Source: an uncultured Armatimonadetes bacterium
Lineage (GTDB): Bacteria > Armatimonadota > UBA5829 > DTJY01
Assembly: GCA_963717145.1 (NCBI GenBank)
Contig: OY970325.1
Span: 992,001 to 1,056,000 of the forward strand
Direction of reading: 5' to 3'
Length of the DNA: 64,000 nucleotides
Shown here: piece by piece, positions 19,908-29,626 of the stretch
Layout of the letters: the number at the start of each line of letters is the position of its first letter
How positions within the stretch are numbered: the stretch's first letter is position 1
The notes under the pieces: generated by a model
Told to the model about the DNA's origin: nothing
The model's input: only the letters and a program-made list of their open reading frames with translations
Databases searched by the model: none
Position numbers and translations under genes: made by a program

Positions 19908-20864
19908 ATGCTGGATAGGGCCCGGGAAATACTTGAGATAGAGGGCAATGCGGTTCTGGCGCTGAGAGAGCGGCTCGACGAGTCGTTCAGCAAGGCCGTG
20001 GACCTGGTCCTGGAGTGCAAGGGGCGGATCGTCGTCACCGGCATGGGCAAGTCAGGCGCGATCGGCCGCAAGCTCGCGGGCACTCTGGCAAGCACCGGAA
20101 GCCCGGCTCTTTTCCTCCACCCGGCGGAGGGCGTCCACGGCGACCTCGGCATGGTGACTTCGCAGGACGTGGTCATCGCACTGTCGAACAGCGGCGAGAC
20201 CGATGAAATCATCTCGATCCTCCCCGTCGTCAAGCGGATCGGCGCGCGGCTGATCAGCATGTGCGGACGCTCCGAATCGGCGTTGGCGGAGTATAGCGAT
20301 GTGGTTCTCGACACCTCCGTCGAGCGGGAAGCGTGCCCACTCGGACTTGCGCCGACGACGAGCACGACGGCTCAGTTGGCCCTGGGTGATGCACTTGCGC
20401 TCACAGTCATGGAGGCGAGGCGTTTCTCCGCTGAGGACTACGCACTCTTCCATCCCGCGGGCACACTCGGTCGGCGGCTCACGATGCGCGTGGCCGATGT
20501 GATGCGATCGGGCGACCGGATGGCGATCGTGCCGGACGATGAATTGGTGAGGGACGTGCTGTTCTCGATCACCAAAGCGGGGGCCGGCGCGGCGGTCGTG
20601 GTGGACGGGGAGCAGAAGATGATCGGAATCATCACCGACGGGGATGTCCGGCGTCACATGCTGGACGACGAGCGATGCCTCCAGCGGCCGGCGAGCGAGA
20701 TCATGACCGCGAACCCGAAAACCGCCCGAGCCGATCAGCTCGCGGTTGAGGGGCTGCACCTGCTCGAGACTTTCAAGATCGGCGAAGTTCCTGTGCTCGA
20801 CGATAGCGGCAAACCGATCGGCATGCTCATGATGAAGGACCTCTTCCAGGCCGGCATCGTCTAG
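19908..20864 (+). CDS. kdsD: Arabinose-5-phosphate isomerase, KpsF/GutQ family
   Basis: VTGMGKSG, HPAEGVHGDLG, EACPLGLAPTTST, FHPAG, CBS pair. Confidence 0.93.
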   Translation: MLDRAREILEIEGNAVLALRERLDESFSKAVDLVLECKGRIVVTGMGKSGAIGRKLAGTLASTGSPALFLHPAEGVHGDLGMVTSQDVVIALSNSGETDEIISILPVVKRIGARLISMCGRSESALAEYSDVVLDTSVEREACPLGLAPTTSTTAQLALGDALALTVMEARRFSAEDYALFHPAGTLGRRLTMRVADVMRSGDRMAIVPDDELVRDVLFSITKAGAGAAVVVDGEQKMIGIITDGDVRRHMLDDERCLQRPASEIMTANPKTARADQLAVEGLHLLETFKIGEVPVLDDSGKPIGMLMMKDLFQAGIV

Positions 20865-20947
20865 CTGGGCGAAGCATTGGCGAGCCTGGCCGAGGTTACC
20901 GGAATCAGATGGGCCAACGCTTCGCCCCTACAGGTAACGCTGTGCAT

Positions 20948-21517
20948 ATGAACGAGCGGGTACAGAAGATAAGACTGATCGCCATGGACGTTGACGGCGT
21001 GCTCACCCAGGGCGAGATCACCTATTCGTCCAGCGGCGACGAGATGAAGTCGTTCTGCATCAAAGATGGCCCCGCACTGAAGGCGGCTCGAGTCGCCGGC
21101 CTGCACGTCGCGGTCATCACCGGCCGGAAGTCGGCGGCACTCGAGCGACGGATGAGAGAGCTGGGGATCGAGAACCTCGACATGGCCTGCCGAGACAAGG
21201 GCGCCGCGATTCGCGATCTGCTCAGCCGCCTGGGACTGCACAAAGAAGAGGCGGCGTTCATCGGCGACGATCTGATCGACATCCCCGCATTCCGCGAGTG
21301 CGGGTACCGAGTCGCTGTGGGGGATGCCTGCGAAGACCTGAAGGCCGAGGCCGACTACGTTACCGAGGCGCTCGGAGGACGAGGCGCTGTCCGTGAGGCG
21401 ATCGAGATGATTCTGAAGGCGCAGGGCAAGTGGGCATCAGCCGTCGATTCTCTGCTTCAGCACTATCAGCGACCGGTAGAGGCCAATGCCGAATCTGACA
21501 ATCCTTCACACCAATGA
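20948..21517 (+). CDS. kdsC: KDO-8-phosphate phosphatase (HAD)
   Basis: MDVDGVLT, ITGRKS, IGDDLID, GGRGAVRE. Confidence 0.92.
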   Translation: MNERVQKIRLIAMDVDGVLTQGEITYSSSGDEMKSFCIKDGPALKAARVAGLHVAVITGRKSAALERRMRELGIENLDMACRDKGAAIRDLLSRLGLHKEEAAFIGDDLIDIPAFRECGYRVAVGDACEDLKAEADYVTEALGGRGAVREAIEMILKAQGKWASAVDSLLQHYQRPVEANAESDNPSHQ

Positions 21518-22331
21518 CCTCCATGGCCGCCTGCGACCCGAGGGCGTCGAGATCATCCGGCGCGAGAAGGAGTCAGCGGGCGACTGCCTGCTTCTCGATG
21601 CCGGGGATGCGATCGCCTCGGGGAACATCAGCTATCGTCCCGGCGGTGAACCGGCTCTGGGGCTGATGAGCGAGGCCGGATACGATGCCATGGCGATGGG
21701 CAATCGGGAGTTCCACTTCCTCAAGCCGGGCCTGCAATCGAAGGTCAAGCTCGCCCGGTTTCCGGTGCTCTGCGCGAACATGGACTGCGGCCGTAGGGGC
21801 GATCCTTCAACGGTCGCCCGGTTTGAAACTTCGGCAGCGCCGCTGCGTTCTGCTATCGAAGCATCAAACCGGGCGACCGTTGAAGGATCACCCCTACGGC
21901 CGCACTATATAGTTGAGAGAGGCGGCTATCGAGTCGCCATCTTCGGCCTGACAGTCCCGATGATCACGAAGGAGATGCTCGCAAGCAGATTCAGCCCGTA
22001 CCGGTTCGAGGACCCGATCGAGACGGCGAAGGCGATCGTGCCCGCGTTAAGAGATCAGGCGGACTTGGTCATTGCCGTGACACACATCGGCATCAAGGCG
22101 GACGAGGCTCTCGCGCAGGAAGTGCCCGGCATCGACCTGATCGTTGGTGGGCACACGCACTCCGTCCTACATGAGCCGTTGATGATCGGCGGCACGAGCA
22201 TCGTTCAGGCCGGATGGTTTGCACATTTCCTGGGCAAGGTTCAGATAACCGGAGAACCCGGGAACCTGTCGATCACCGGCAGCCTTATCCCGCTTCAGCC
22301 GAGCGCGCGATCCAGGGACATTACGCCATGA
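21486..22331 (+). CDS. 5'-nucleotidase-type metallophosphoesterase (N-domain only) with an in-frame REP insertion
   Basis: ILHTNDLHG, LLDAGD, MGNREF, GGHTH. Confidence 0.87.
   Translation: MPNLTILHTNDLHGRLRPEGVEIIRREKESAGDCLLLDAGDAIASGNISYRPGGEPALGLMSEAGYDAMAMGNREFHFLKPGLQSKVKLARFPVLCANMDCGRRGDPSTVARFETSAAPLRSAIEASNRATVEGSPLRPHYIVERGGYRVAIFGLTVPMITKEMLASRFSPYRFEDPIETAKAIVPALRDQADLVIAVTHIGIKADEALAQEVPGIDLIVGGHTHSVLHEPLMIGGTSIVQAGWFAHFLGKVQITGEPGNLSITGSLIPLQPSARSRDITP
21793..21897. repeat. GTAG REP doublet inside a CDS
   Basis: GTAGGGGCGATCCTTCAACGGTCGCCC ... GGGCGACCGTTGAAGGATCACCCCTAC; same family as the intergenic copies at 36680 and 38230. Confidence 0.9.
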
Positions 22332-24199
22332 GTCATCCGTTGCTCGCACTGCCGATATTCGCCCCGATTGCGTTGATCTGCCTTGCTCTGGGAGGCATGA
22401 TCCTCCGCGCGCTCGGCATCAAGTCGGGAAGCCTGCTCGAGGCAAGCGTCTTCGGCACGGCCATCGGGTTCGGCGTTCTGAGCTACCTCGTGCTGGGGAT
22501 CGGACTGGCCGGCATGTTGACTGTGCCTGTCCTCATCGGCCTGCTGGTCGTTCTGGCGATCGTATCGTTCCCTGGAATGCGCATCCTCATTCCGGCTTTG
22601 GTGAGAGCCGTTCGGGAGCGCAGTGGGGCGAAGGTGCGGACGACTGACGCACTGATGCTGGTCGGCGCGAGTATCCTCGGCTCGCTGGCTCTCCTGGGGG
22701 CGCTTTCCCCGCCGGGACCGACGGATTGGGACGGCCTGGCATACCATCTGGCAGTCCCGAAGCTGTACCTGGCAGCGCATCGGATCTTCTACGTCCCATT
22801 CACGTCTCACTCGAACTTCCCGTTCCTGACCGAGATGCTCTATACCCTCGGCCTGGCGCTTCATGGCCCGGCGCTGGCGAAGCTCTTCCACTATGCGATG
22901 TTTATCGTGACCGCGGCGGGCATCTGCTCCCTGTGCAGACGACATATCAACCCGAGGGCGGGCGCGGTCGGCGCATTGCTCTTCATGAGCGTTCCACTCA
23001 TGGTCTGGGAAGCGGGAGTTGCCTACGCCGACATCACGACTGCGATGTACCTTCTGCTCGGCGTGTATGCCATCCTGAACTGGGAGGAGTCGGCCGATAG
23101 GGGATGGCTGCTCGCCGCGGGGATCGTGTCTGGGTTCGCACTCGGTACGAAGATGCTTGCGCTCGTTCCGATCGGGGCACTTCTCATGTGGGTGCTGTGG
23201 ATCGGGAACCGTAGGGGCGATCCTTCCACGGTCGCCCGCTGGGGGACGAGCATCAAATGGACCGCGCTGGTCGGCTTGCTGACGGCGCTCATCGGATCGC
23301 TGTGGTACATCAAGACATACTTGTATACCGGCAATCCGGTCTACCCGTTCTTCTACAACATCTTCGGCGGGCGCAACTGGAGTCAGGCAGACGCCGACAT
23401 TTACCACGCCGCTCAGCAGGCGATGGGAATGGGACGCTCCGTACTCGATTTCGTCATGATCCCCTGGAACGTCACGATGAACGGCGGGAAGTTCTTCGAC
23501 GCGCTACTGATCTACGGGCTGCTCGGGCCGGCGTTCCTCGGGCTGATCGCGGTGACCATACTCATCGGCAGGTCGGAAAAGGCGGTCGGACGGCTGGCAT
23601 TCGTCTGCGTTGTGTTCATCGCCGCCTGGTTCTTCCTCATGCAGAATGCACGGTACATCATCACGATCCTCCCGCTGCTCAGCGTGATCGCGGGAGTCGG
23701 GGCGGCCCGCGCCCTTAGGCAGTGGTCGGTCGGACGCGTGATCGTGAGCGTGTTCCTGGTCATCTGCGTTGGGCTCGGGATCTTCACGGGCTACGTGTTG
23801 ATCCTCGGGAGCGCTCGTGCGGCGCTCGGGATCGAGCCCGCCGAATCGTATCTCTCCCGGACCCTCGACTGCTACGACGCGGAGTCCTACGTGAACGATT
23901 TCACCCCGAAGGACGCCCGAGTGCTTCTCTTCGACGAGCCGAGGGGGTTCTATCTCGACAGGGCATACATCTGGGCCGATCCGGGGCATCACGAGTTGAT
24001 TCCGTGGGGCGACTTCCATTCCGGCGACGAGATGGTCCGGTTCTTTGCCGCGAAGGATTACACCCACGCGATCATCAACTGGAATTTCATGAAGGGCAAT
24101 GATGCATACGAGCAGCTCATCTTCCAGGCGATCGGCATGGGCCGGTTACTGGAGGTCTACGGCTCGAAGAGAGTCAGCGTCTACGAGATCAGACCATGA
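22328..24199 (+). CDS. Polytopic membrane glycosyltransferase (GT-C, ArnT/PMT-like)
   Basis: Many TM segments; WDGLAYHL, GFALGTK, WYIKTYLYTGNPVYP; ATG overlaps the upstream stop. Confidence 0.75.
   Translation: MSHPLLALPIFAPIALICLALGGMILRALGIKSGSLLEASVFGTAIGFGVLSYLVLGIGLAGMLTVPVLIGLLVVLAIVSFPGMRILIPALVRAVRERSGAKVRTTDALMLVGASILGSLALLGALSPPGPTDWDGLAYHLAVPKLYLAAHRIFYVPFTSHSNFPFLTEMLYTLGLALHGPALAKLFHYAMFIVTAAGICSLCRRHINPRAGAVGALLFMSVPLMVWEAGVAYADITTAMYLLLGVYAILNWEESADRGWLLAAGIVSGFALGTKMLALVPIGALLMWVLWIGNRRGDPSTVARWGTSIKWTALVGLLTALIGSLWYIKTYLYTGNPVYPFFYNIFGGRNWSQADADIYHAAQQAMGMGRSVLDFVMIPWNVTMNGGKFFDALLIYGLLGPAFLGLIAVTILIGRSEKAVGRLAFVCVVFIAAWFFLMQNARYIITILPLLSVIAGVGAARALRQWSVGRVIVSVFLVICVGLGIFTGYVLILGSARAALGIEPAESYLSRTLDCYDAESYVNDFTPKDARVLLFDEPRGFYLDRAYIWADPGHHELIPWGDFHSGDEMVRFFAAKDYTHAIINWNFMKGNDAYEQLIFQAIGMGRLLEVYGSKRVSVYEIRP
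23211..23237. repeat. Single GTAG REP inside a CDS
   Basis: GTAGGGGCGATCCTTCCACGGTCGCCC, 26/27 match to the family; translated as RRGDPSTVAR. Confidence 0.85.
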
Positions 24200-25488
24200 G
24201 AATGGAAACTCGAGAGTCGAAATCCGAGATCCGAAACTGGCGGATGTGGCTGGGGGGGATCATCGCCCTCCATCTGATTCTCGGCCTCGTCTACTGGAGT
24301 CATACCGCATACGGTGTCGCCCCTGATGAGGCGTTCCACGGCCTGTACGTTCGGCATCTCGCGGTCGATCACGCACTGCCCGTGTTCTCCGCCTCAGACA
24401 CGGGCGACTATGAGGCGCATCAGCCGCCGCTGTACTATGCGCTCGGCGTGCCGTTCTACCTCACTGCCAAGGCACTTGGGGTTGATGACCCGGGAGTCGC
24501 GGTGCGATTGCTCTCACTGATCCTGGGGGCGCTCTCGATCCTGGTCGTATACGGGACGATCAAGGCACTGATCCCCGGCCGCCAATCGACCGGTTTGGCC
24601 TGTGCAGGGTTCGTCGCATTACTTCCGATGCACCTCGCGCTGAGCAGTTCCGTGGGCAACGACATCCTGGCCGAACTGGTCTTCGGCGTCGCGTTGCTCT
24701 TGATGGTGAGATTGTTCGTAACCGGACCGACGATGTGGACCGGCCTTCTGCTCGGTCTTGTACTGGGGCTCGGATTGCTCGCGAAGACGACTTGCGCGCT
24801 CCTCTTCCCGGTGGCGGTCCTCACATACATACTGCTGTGGAGGCGGGGAACACTCATGGCGAGACGGGCAGTCTCAGAGATGGCGGCGATGCTCGGGATA
24901 AGCCTTCTGGTCGGCGGATGGTGGCTCGTCAGAAACGTTATGCTCTACGGCGATCCCTTCGCCCTGTCGCAATTCAACCAGGCGTTCTCGCACACGGCGA
25001 AACCGGAGTTCTTCCTCGTGGGGCAGGGGATGACCTGGACGGGCTATTTCATACTCGTTGGAGCATTGACCTTTGCCAGTTTCTGGGGTGTCTTCGGGCA
25101 CATGAGGGTCTTCATGCCGACGTGGGTGTATCTGTTTCTGGCGACCATCTCACTTGTCGCATTGGTCGGGAGCGTGCGATCATTCGTCGCGCTCAGGAGG
25201 GAATCGGTGGGGCAGAGGGACGCTTTGCTTGTTGTGATGGCGGTCGGGGCACTGGTATTACTCTCGTTCATACGCTTCAACCTGAGCTTCTTCCAGGCGC
25301 AGGGACGATATCTCTATCCGGCGATCATCCCGATCGCGCTGACCTTCGTGCTGGGCATCGAGCGCTTACTGCCGGAGAGGAACCGGACGCTGTCGGCCGC
25401 CGTAGTGAACGGTGGAATGCTGCTGTTGACCCTGACGGCGCTCGCCACCGCCGTCATCCCGAATCTGCCGTACCAGACACCGCCATGA
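24196..25488 (+). CDS. Membrane glycosyltransferase (GT39/ArnT-like)
   Basis: APDEAFH, YEAHQPPLYY, VGNDIL, GLLAKT, WWLVRN..YGDP, QAQGRYLYP. Confidence 0.78.
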   Translation: MRMETRESKSEIRNWRMWLGGIIALHLILGLVYWSHTAYGVAPDEAFHGLYVRHLAVDHALPVFSASDTGDYEAHQPPLYYALGVPFYLTAKALGVDDPGVAVRLLSLILGALSILVVYGTIKALIPGRQSTGLACAGFVALLPMHLALSSSVGNDILAELVFGVALLLMVRLFVTGPTMWTGLLLGLVLGLGLLAKTTCALLFPVAVLTYILLWRRGTLMARRAVSEMAAMLGISLLVGGWWLVRNVMLYGDPFALSQFNQAFSHTAKPEFFLVGQGMTWTGYFILVGALTFASFWGVFGHMRVFMPTWVYLFLATISLVALVGSVRSFVALRRESVGQRDALLVVMAVGALVLLSFIRFNLSFFQAQGRYLYPAIIPIALTFVLGIERLLPERNRTLSAAVVNGGMLLLTLTALATAVIPNLPYQTPP

Positions 25489-26237
25489 AGCTATCGGTCA
25501 TCATCCCGGTCTACAACGAGCGAGACACCATCGAGGCGACCCTCGACCGCGTTCGGCAGTCGGAGGTCGAGCAGGAGATCGTCGTCGTCGATGACTGCTC
25601 GACCGACGGCACGCGTGAACTGCTCCAGTCCATCTCCGCCTGCGCCCCTCCTTACGAAGGAGGGGCCGGCCAGCAGGCCGGGGGAGGTTTGCATGCGGAC
25701 GCCCCCTCTCCCTCTCCACCCATCCGCCTGGTGCTCCACGAAAGGAACATGGGGAAGGGGATGGCGATCCGGAGTGGACTCGAGCATGCCACGGGCGACA
25801 TCGTCATCATCCAGGACGCCGATCTCGAGTACTTCCCCTCAGACTACGCGGCCATGATCGCGCCGATCGTCAGCGGCGAGGCCGACGTCGTCTACGGCTC
25901 GCGATTCCTCGAGCAGCGTCCAGAGATGCGCCTGCCGAACTACGTCGCCAACAGGGTGCTCGCAATCGCGGCATCGGTGCTATTCGGCGCGCGGATCACC
26001 GACGAAGCCACCTGCTACAAGGCATTCCGCGCTGATCTTCTCAGGAGTATCCCACTCACGTGCAGGCGCTTCGAGTTCTGTCCCGAGGTCACCGCGAAGG
26101 TCCTCCGCCGGGGAATCAGGATCGAGGAGGTACCGATCCGCTATGAGGCGCGCACGGTCGAGCAGGGGAAGAAGATCGGCTGGTGGGACGGCGTCGTCGC
26201 CCTCTGGACACTGCTGAAGTACCGCTTTGTCCGATAG
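25485..26237 (+). CDS. GT2 polyprenol-phosphate glycosyltransferase with an in-frame repeat insertion
   Basis: LSVIIPVYNE, VDDCSTDGT, GKGMAIR, IQDADLEY, VYGSRF. Confidence 0.9.
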   Translation: MKLSVIIPVYNERDTIEATLDRVRQSEVEQEIVVVDDCSTDGTRELLQSISACAPPYEGGAGQQAGGGLHADAPSPSPPIRLVLHERNMGKGMAIRSGLEHATGDIVIIQDADLEYFPSDYAAMIAPIVSGEADVVYGSRFLEQRPEMRLPNYVANRVLAIAASVLFGARITDEATCYKAFRADLLRSIPLTCRRFEFCPEVTAKVLRRGIRIEEVPIRYEARTVEQGKKIGWWDGVVALWTLLKYRFVR

Positions 26238-26317
26238 TGGACACCGGCTTCTCCGTCGCCCGGCGACAGAGCCCCGCCTTTCACTGTGCCTGTCCCGAGT
26301 TCCCCACGGGCAAAGGG

Positions 26318-27340
26318 CTATGCCCGACGCCGTCTCATGCCCAGGAGTCCTACCAGTCCCCCAGCCAACGCGATAAGCGATGACGGCTCAGGAACCGTGG
26401 AGACGCGGAACCCGATACTGTTGGCCGAGTTCAACGGGTTCCAGCCGCCGCGAAAGGATGCCTGGATGCCTTGGACGTCGCCATTGAACGCACCGCCGCG
26501 CAGACCGCGCAAAGCGCGACCATCGTAGATTCTCGTAACAACGTCGTTCAACTCTTCGACGTTGCCGCCCTGATCGAACGTCCCGTAGGGACTGTTGGAG
26601 TCCTGGAACTCGCCGGCGACCGTAGTGGACATGCCGGAATCGATGGGGTAGGCGCCGGAGCCCGTGCGGTAGTTGGCGTTGTTGCCCGAGGCGTCGACCA
26701 TGTCCCGACCCGGGGCCGTGTCGCTGCTCGTGGCATACAGCCAGTAACCGGCGCTGGTACTGCCGCCCTTGTAGTAGGCAGCCTTATACCACTCGTCCTC
26801 GCTGGTGATTGCCCACTTCCATCCGGCGTTTCTCTGGATCGTGCGGCCATCAATGCCGTTGTAGCCGTCGAGAGTGTAGGCGCCGCGCTCGGTGGTGGAG
26901 GCATCCTGAAGTCCCGTCGGCTGGCCGTTACCGAGCCAGTTGGCGAAACGGCAGGAGTCCCAGTAGCTAACATAGTTCACCGGGCGGTTGACAAAGTCGC
27001 TTGCCACCGAGTAGGTGAAGCTGCCGGAAGCGCCGCTCTGCGTGATTCCACAGCCGTTGATGGTGTTTGACATGCCGATGTAGTACAGTCCGTATATGTC
27101 GGTGGCTGCTACGGCGTTGAGGAATGCGGTGTACTGCCCGGCGGTCACCTCGTACTTGCCGATGCTGTAGTTGTAGCCCACCGAGCCATAGCCGGTGGTG
27201 CCGTCATACATCATCACCCGGGTGTCAGCCGCATTACCCACGTCGCCAACGGGAACGGTCTCGATGGTGATGCTCGCCTGAGCGGCGATACCCATACCCA
27301 GCAGCATAAGCGCCGCCGTTACTGCGAATAACCTCTTCAT
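26318..27340 (-). CDS. FGE/SUMF1-fold PEP-CTERM surface protein, copy F
   Basis: Signal peptide; IGKYEVT, EDEWYKAAY, YGTFDQGGNV, RGG, GFRV; VPEP-TM-RRRRA. Confidence 0.9.
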   Translation of the reverse strand: MKRLFAVTAALMLLGMGIAAQASITIETVPVGDVGNAADTRVMMYDGTTGYGSVGYNYSIGKYEVTAGQYTAFLNAVAATDIYGLYYIGMSNTINGCGITQSGASGSFTYSVASDFVNRPVNYVSYWDSCRFANWLGNGQPTGLQDASTTERGAYTLDGYNGIDGRTIQRNAGWKWAITSEDEWYKAAYYKGGSTSAGYWLYATSSDTAPGRDMVDASGNNANYRTGSGAYPIDSGMSTTVAGEFQDSNSPYGTFDQGGNVEELNDVVTRIYDGRALRGLRGGAFNGDVQGIQASFRGGWNPLNSANSIGFRVSTVPEPSSLIALAGGLVGLLGMRRRRA

Positions 27341-27404
27341 CCTTTTCCCTCCAAAGTGTTGTGGCCTGGCCGCGCGGATTCTAGTGCCCGCTTGCGGCAA
27401 ACGG

Positions 27405-28454
27405 CTATGCCCGACGCCGTCTCATGCCCAGGAGTCCTACCAGTCCCCCAGCCAACGCGATAAGCGATGACGGCTCAGGAACAGCGGAGACACGGAACCC
27501 GATGGCGCGTTCATCGCCCGACGGGTAGTAGTTGGGGTTGCTGTACGAGCCCCGGAGGCCGGAGTCGCGGAAACCGTCGAACCCACGCCGCGGATGACGC
27601 GATGGGCGTAATCCCCGTCACATGCAATAGTCTCGTTCCACTCCCAGACGTTGCCGCCCTGGTCGAACGTGCCGTAGGCGCTCGCTGAGTTCTCGAACTC
27701 ACCGACGTTGGTTCGGTAGTAGGGGCTGCCGATGCATCGGATCCGCCCATTGTGATGTAGTTGGCGCTGTTGCCGGGGTCTGTGGCCAGCACCTGGTTGG
27801 CCGGCGCGGTATTGCTCTGGGTGGGATAAGTCCCAGTAACCGGCGTTGGTACCGCCGCCCTTGTAGTATGCAGCCTTATACCACTCGTCCTCGCTGGTCA
27901 CCGCCCACCTCCCCCCGGCGTTTCTGCTGGATGGTGCGGCCATCATCGCCGTTGTAGCCGTCCAGGGTGTATGCGCCGCCCTCGGTGGTCGACGCGCTCT
28001 GCAGCCCTGTGGGCTGGCCGTTGCCGAGCCAGTTGGCGAAACGGCAGGAGTCCCAAAAGCTCACGTAGTTCACAGGCCTGTTCGCCCAGTCGGACGCCAC
28101 GCTGTAGGTGTAGCTGCCGGAAGTGCCGCTGCGCTTGATGTTGCAGCCACGGCTGTCGTTCACCGTGTCCATGTAAGTGTTGTACAGCCCGTAGGTGTCG
28201 GTGGCTGCCACGGCGTTCAGGAACGCGGTGTACTGCCCGGCGGTCACTTCATACTTGCCGATGCTGTAGTTGTAGTCCACCGAGCCGCAGATCCGATCAG
28301 GGCCATATCCCCCCCCCGGCACACTCGCTCCTGAGAGCTCGCCGGCATTGCCTGCGTTGCCGACGGGAACGGTCTCGATCGTGATGGCCGCCTGAGCGGC
28401 TAATCCCATAGCGAGCAGCACGATCGCCGCTGTTACTGCGAATAAGCTCTTCAT
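27405..28454 (-). pseudogene. FGE/PEP-CTERM copy E, frameshifted (pseudogene or assembly error)
   Basis: Full-length homology spread over several frames; indels near 27925, 27830 and 27585. Confidence 0.7.
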
Positions 28455-28518
28455 CCTTTTCCCTCCAAAGTGTTGTGGCCTGGCCGTGCGGATTCTAGTG
28501 CCCGCTTGCGGCAAAGGG

Positions 28519-29562
28519 CTATGCCCGACGCCGTCTCATGCCCAGGAGTCCTACCAGTCCCCCAGCCAATGCGATGAGCGATGACGGCTCAGGAACTGCG
28601 GAGACGCGAAAACCGAAAGAGCGGTCCTCGTCCGACACGTAGCGGCTGGCGCGACACGAGGCCCGGAGGTGGTAGTCGCCAGGACTGTTGAACGCGCCGC
28701 CACGCACGCCGCGATCGGCGTACCCGGCATATACAATAGCCTCGTTCCACTCAAACACGTTGCCCCCCTGGTCGAACGTGCCGTAGGCGCTTGCTGAGTT
28801 CTCGAACTCACCTACGTTGGTTCGAGAATAGGGGCCGCCGATGCAGAAGGTCTCGTCTGGAAGGGTGACGTAGTTGGCGCTGTTGCCGGGGTCTGTGGCC
28901 AGCACCTGATTGGCCGGCGCGGTGTTGCTCTGAGTGGGATACAGCCAGTATCCGGCGCTGGTACTGCCGCCTTTGTAGTATGCAGCCTTATACCATTCGT
29001 TTTCGCTCGTCAACAACCACTTTGCCGTCGACCCCTCATACCAAGTCTTCCGCTGGGCAGCAGTGGGTATGGTGACGGTCCCGGAATTGACACCGCCGCC
29101 GGTGATCAAATAGCTTCCCGATTCTGTGCTGCCACTTCCCTGGCCGTTAGTCAGCCAGTTTGCAAAGCGCAGCGTGTCATACCAGGACACGTAGTTGACC
29201 GGCCTGTTCGCCCAGTCGGATGCAACACTGTAGCTGTAGTTGCCGCTTGCGCCGGTGCGCTTGATGTTGCAGCCGCGGAGGTCGTTCACCGTGTCCATCT
29301 TCGTGTTGTACAGCCCGTATGTGTCGGTAGCTGCCACCGCATTGAGGAAGGCAGTGTACTGTCCGGCGGTCACTTCATACTTGCCGATGCTGTAGTTGTA
29401 GCCGACTGAACCGTAGCCGGTAGTGCCATCGTCCATTACGCGGGTATCAGGCGCATTTCCCACGTTGCCGACAGGAACGGTCTCGATCGTGATGGCCGCC
29501 TGAGCGGCGAGTCCCATACCCAGCAGCACGAGCGCCGCCGTTACTGCGAATAACCTCTTCAT
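28519..29562 (-). CDS. FGE/SUMF1-fold PEP-CTERM surface protein, copy D
   Basis: Same motifs as copy F; intact ORF. Confidence 0.9.
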   Translation of the reverse strand: MKRLFAVTAALVLLGMGLAAQAAITIETVPVGNVGNAPDTRVMDDGTTGYGSVGYNYSIGKYEVTAGQYTAFLNAVAATDTYGLYNTKMDTVNDLRGCNIKRTGASGNYSYSVASDWANRPVNYVSWYDTLRFANWLTNGQGSGSTESGSYLITGGGVNSGTVTIPTAAQRKTWYEGSTAKWLLTSENEWYKAAYYKGGSTSAGYWLYPTQSNTAPANQVLATDPGNSANYVTLPDETFCIGGPYSRTNVGEFENSASAYGTFDQGGNVFEWNEAIVYAGYADRGVRGGAFNSPGDYHLRASCRASRYVSDEDRSFGFRVSAVPEPSSLIALAGGLVGLLGMRRRRA

Positions 29563-29626
29563 CCTTTTCCCTCCAAAGTGTTGTGGCCTGGCCGTGCGGA
29601 TTCTAGTGCCCGCTTGCGGCAAAGGG

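Noticed and set aside
27341-27400. N-terminal MPQAGTRIR.. extensions in the ORF track for array genes
   Set aside because: They read through the spacer; the RBS and signal peptide place the start at the later ATG
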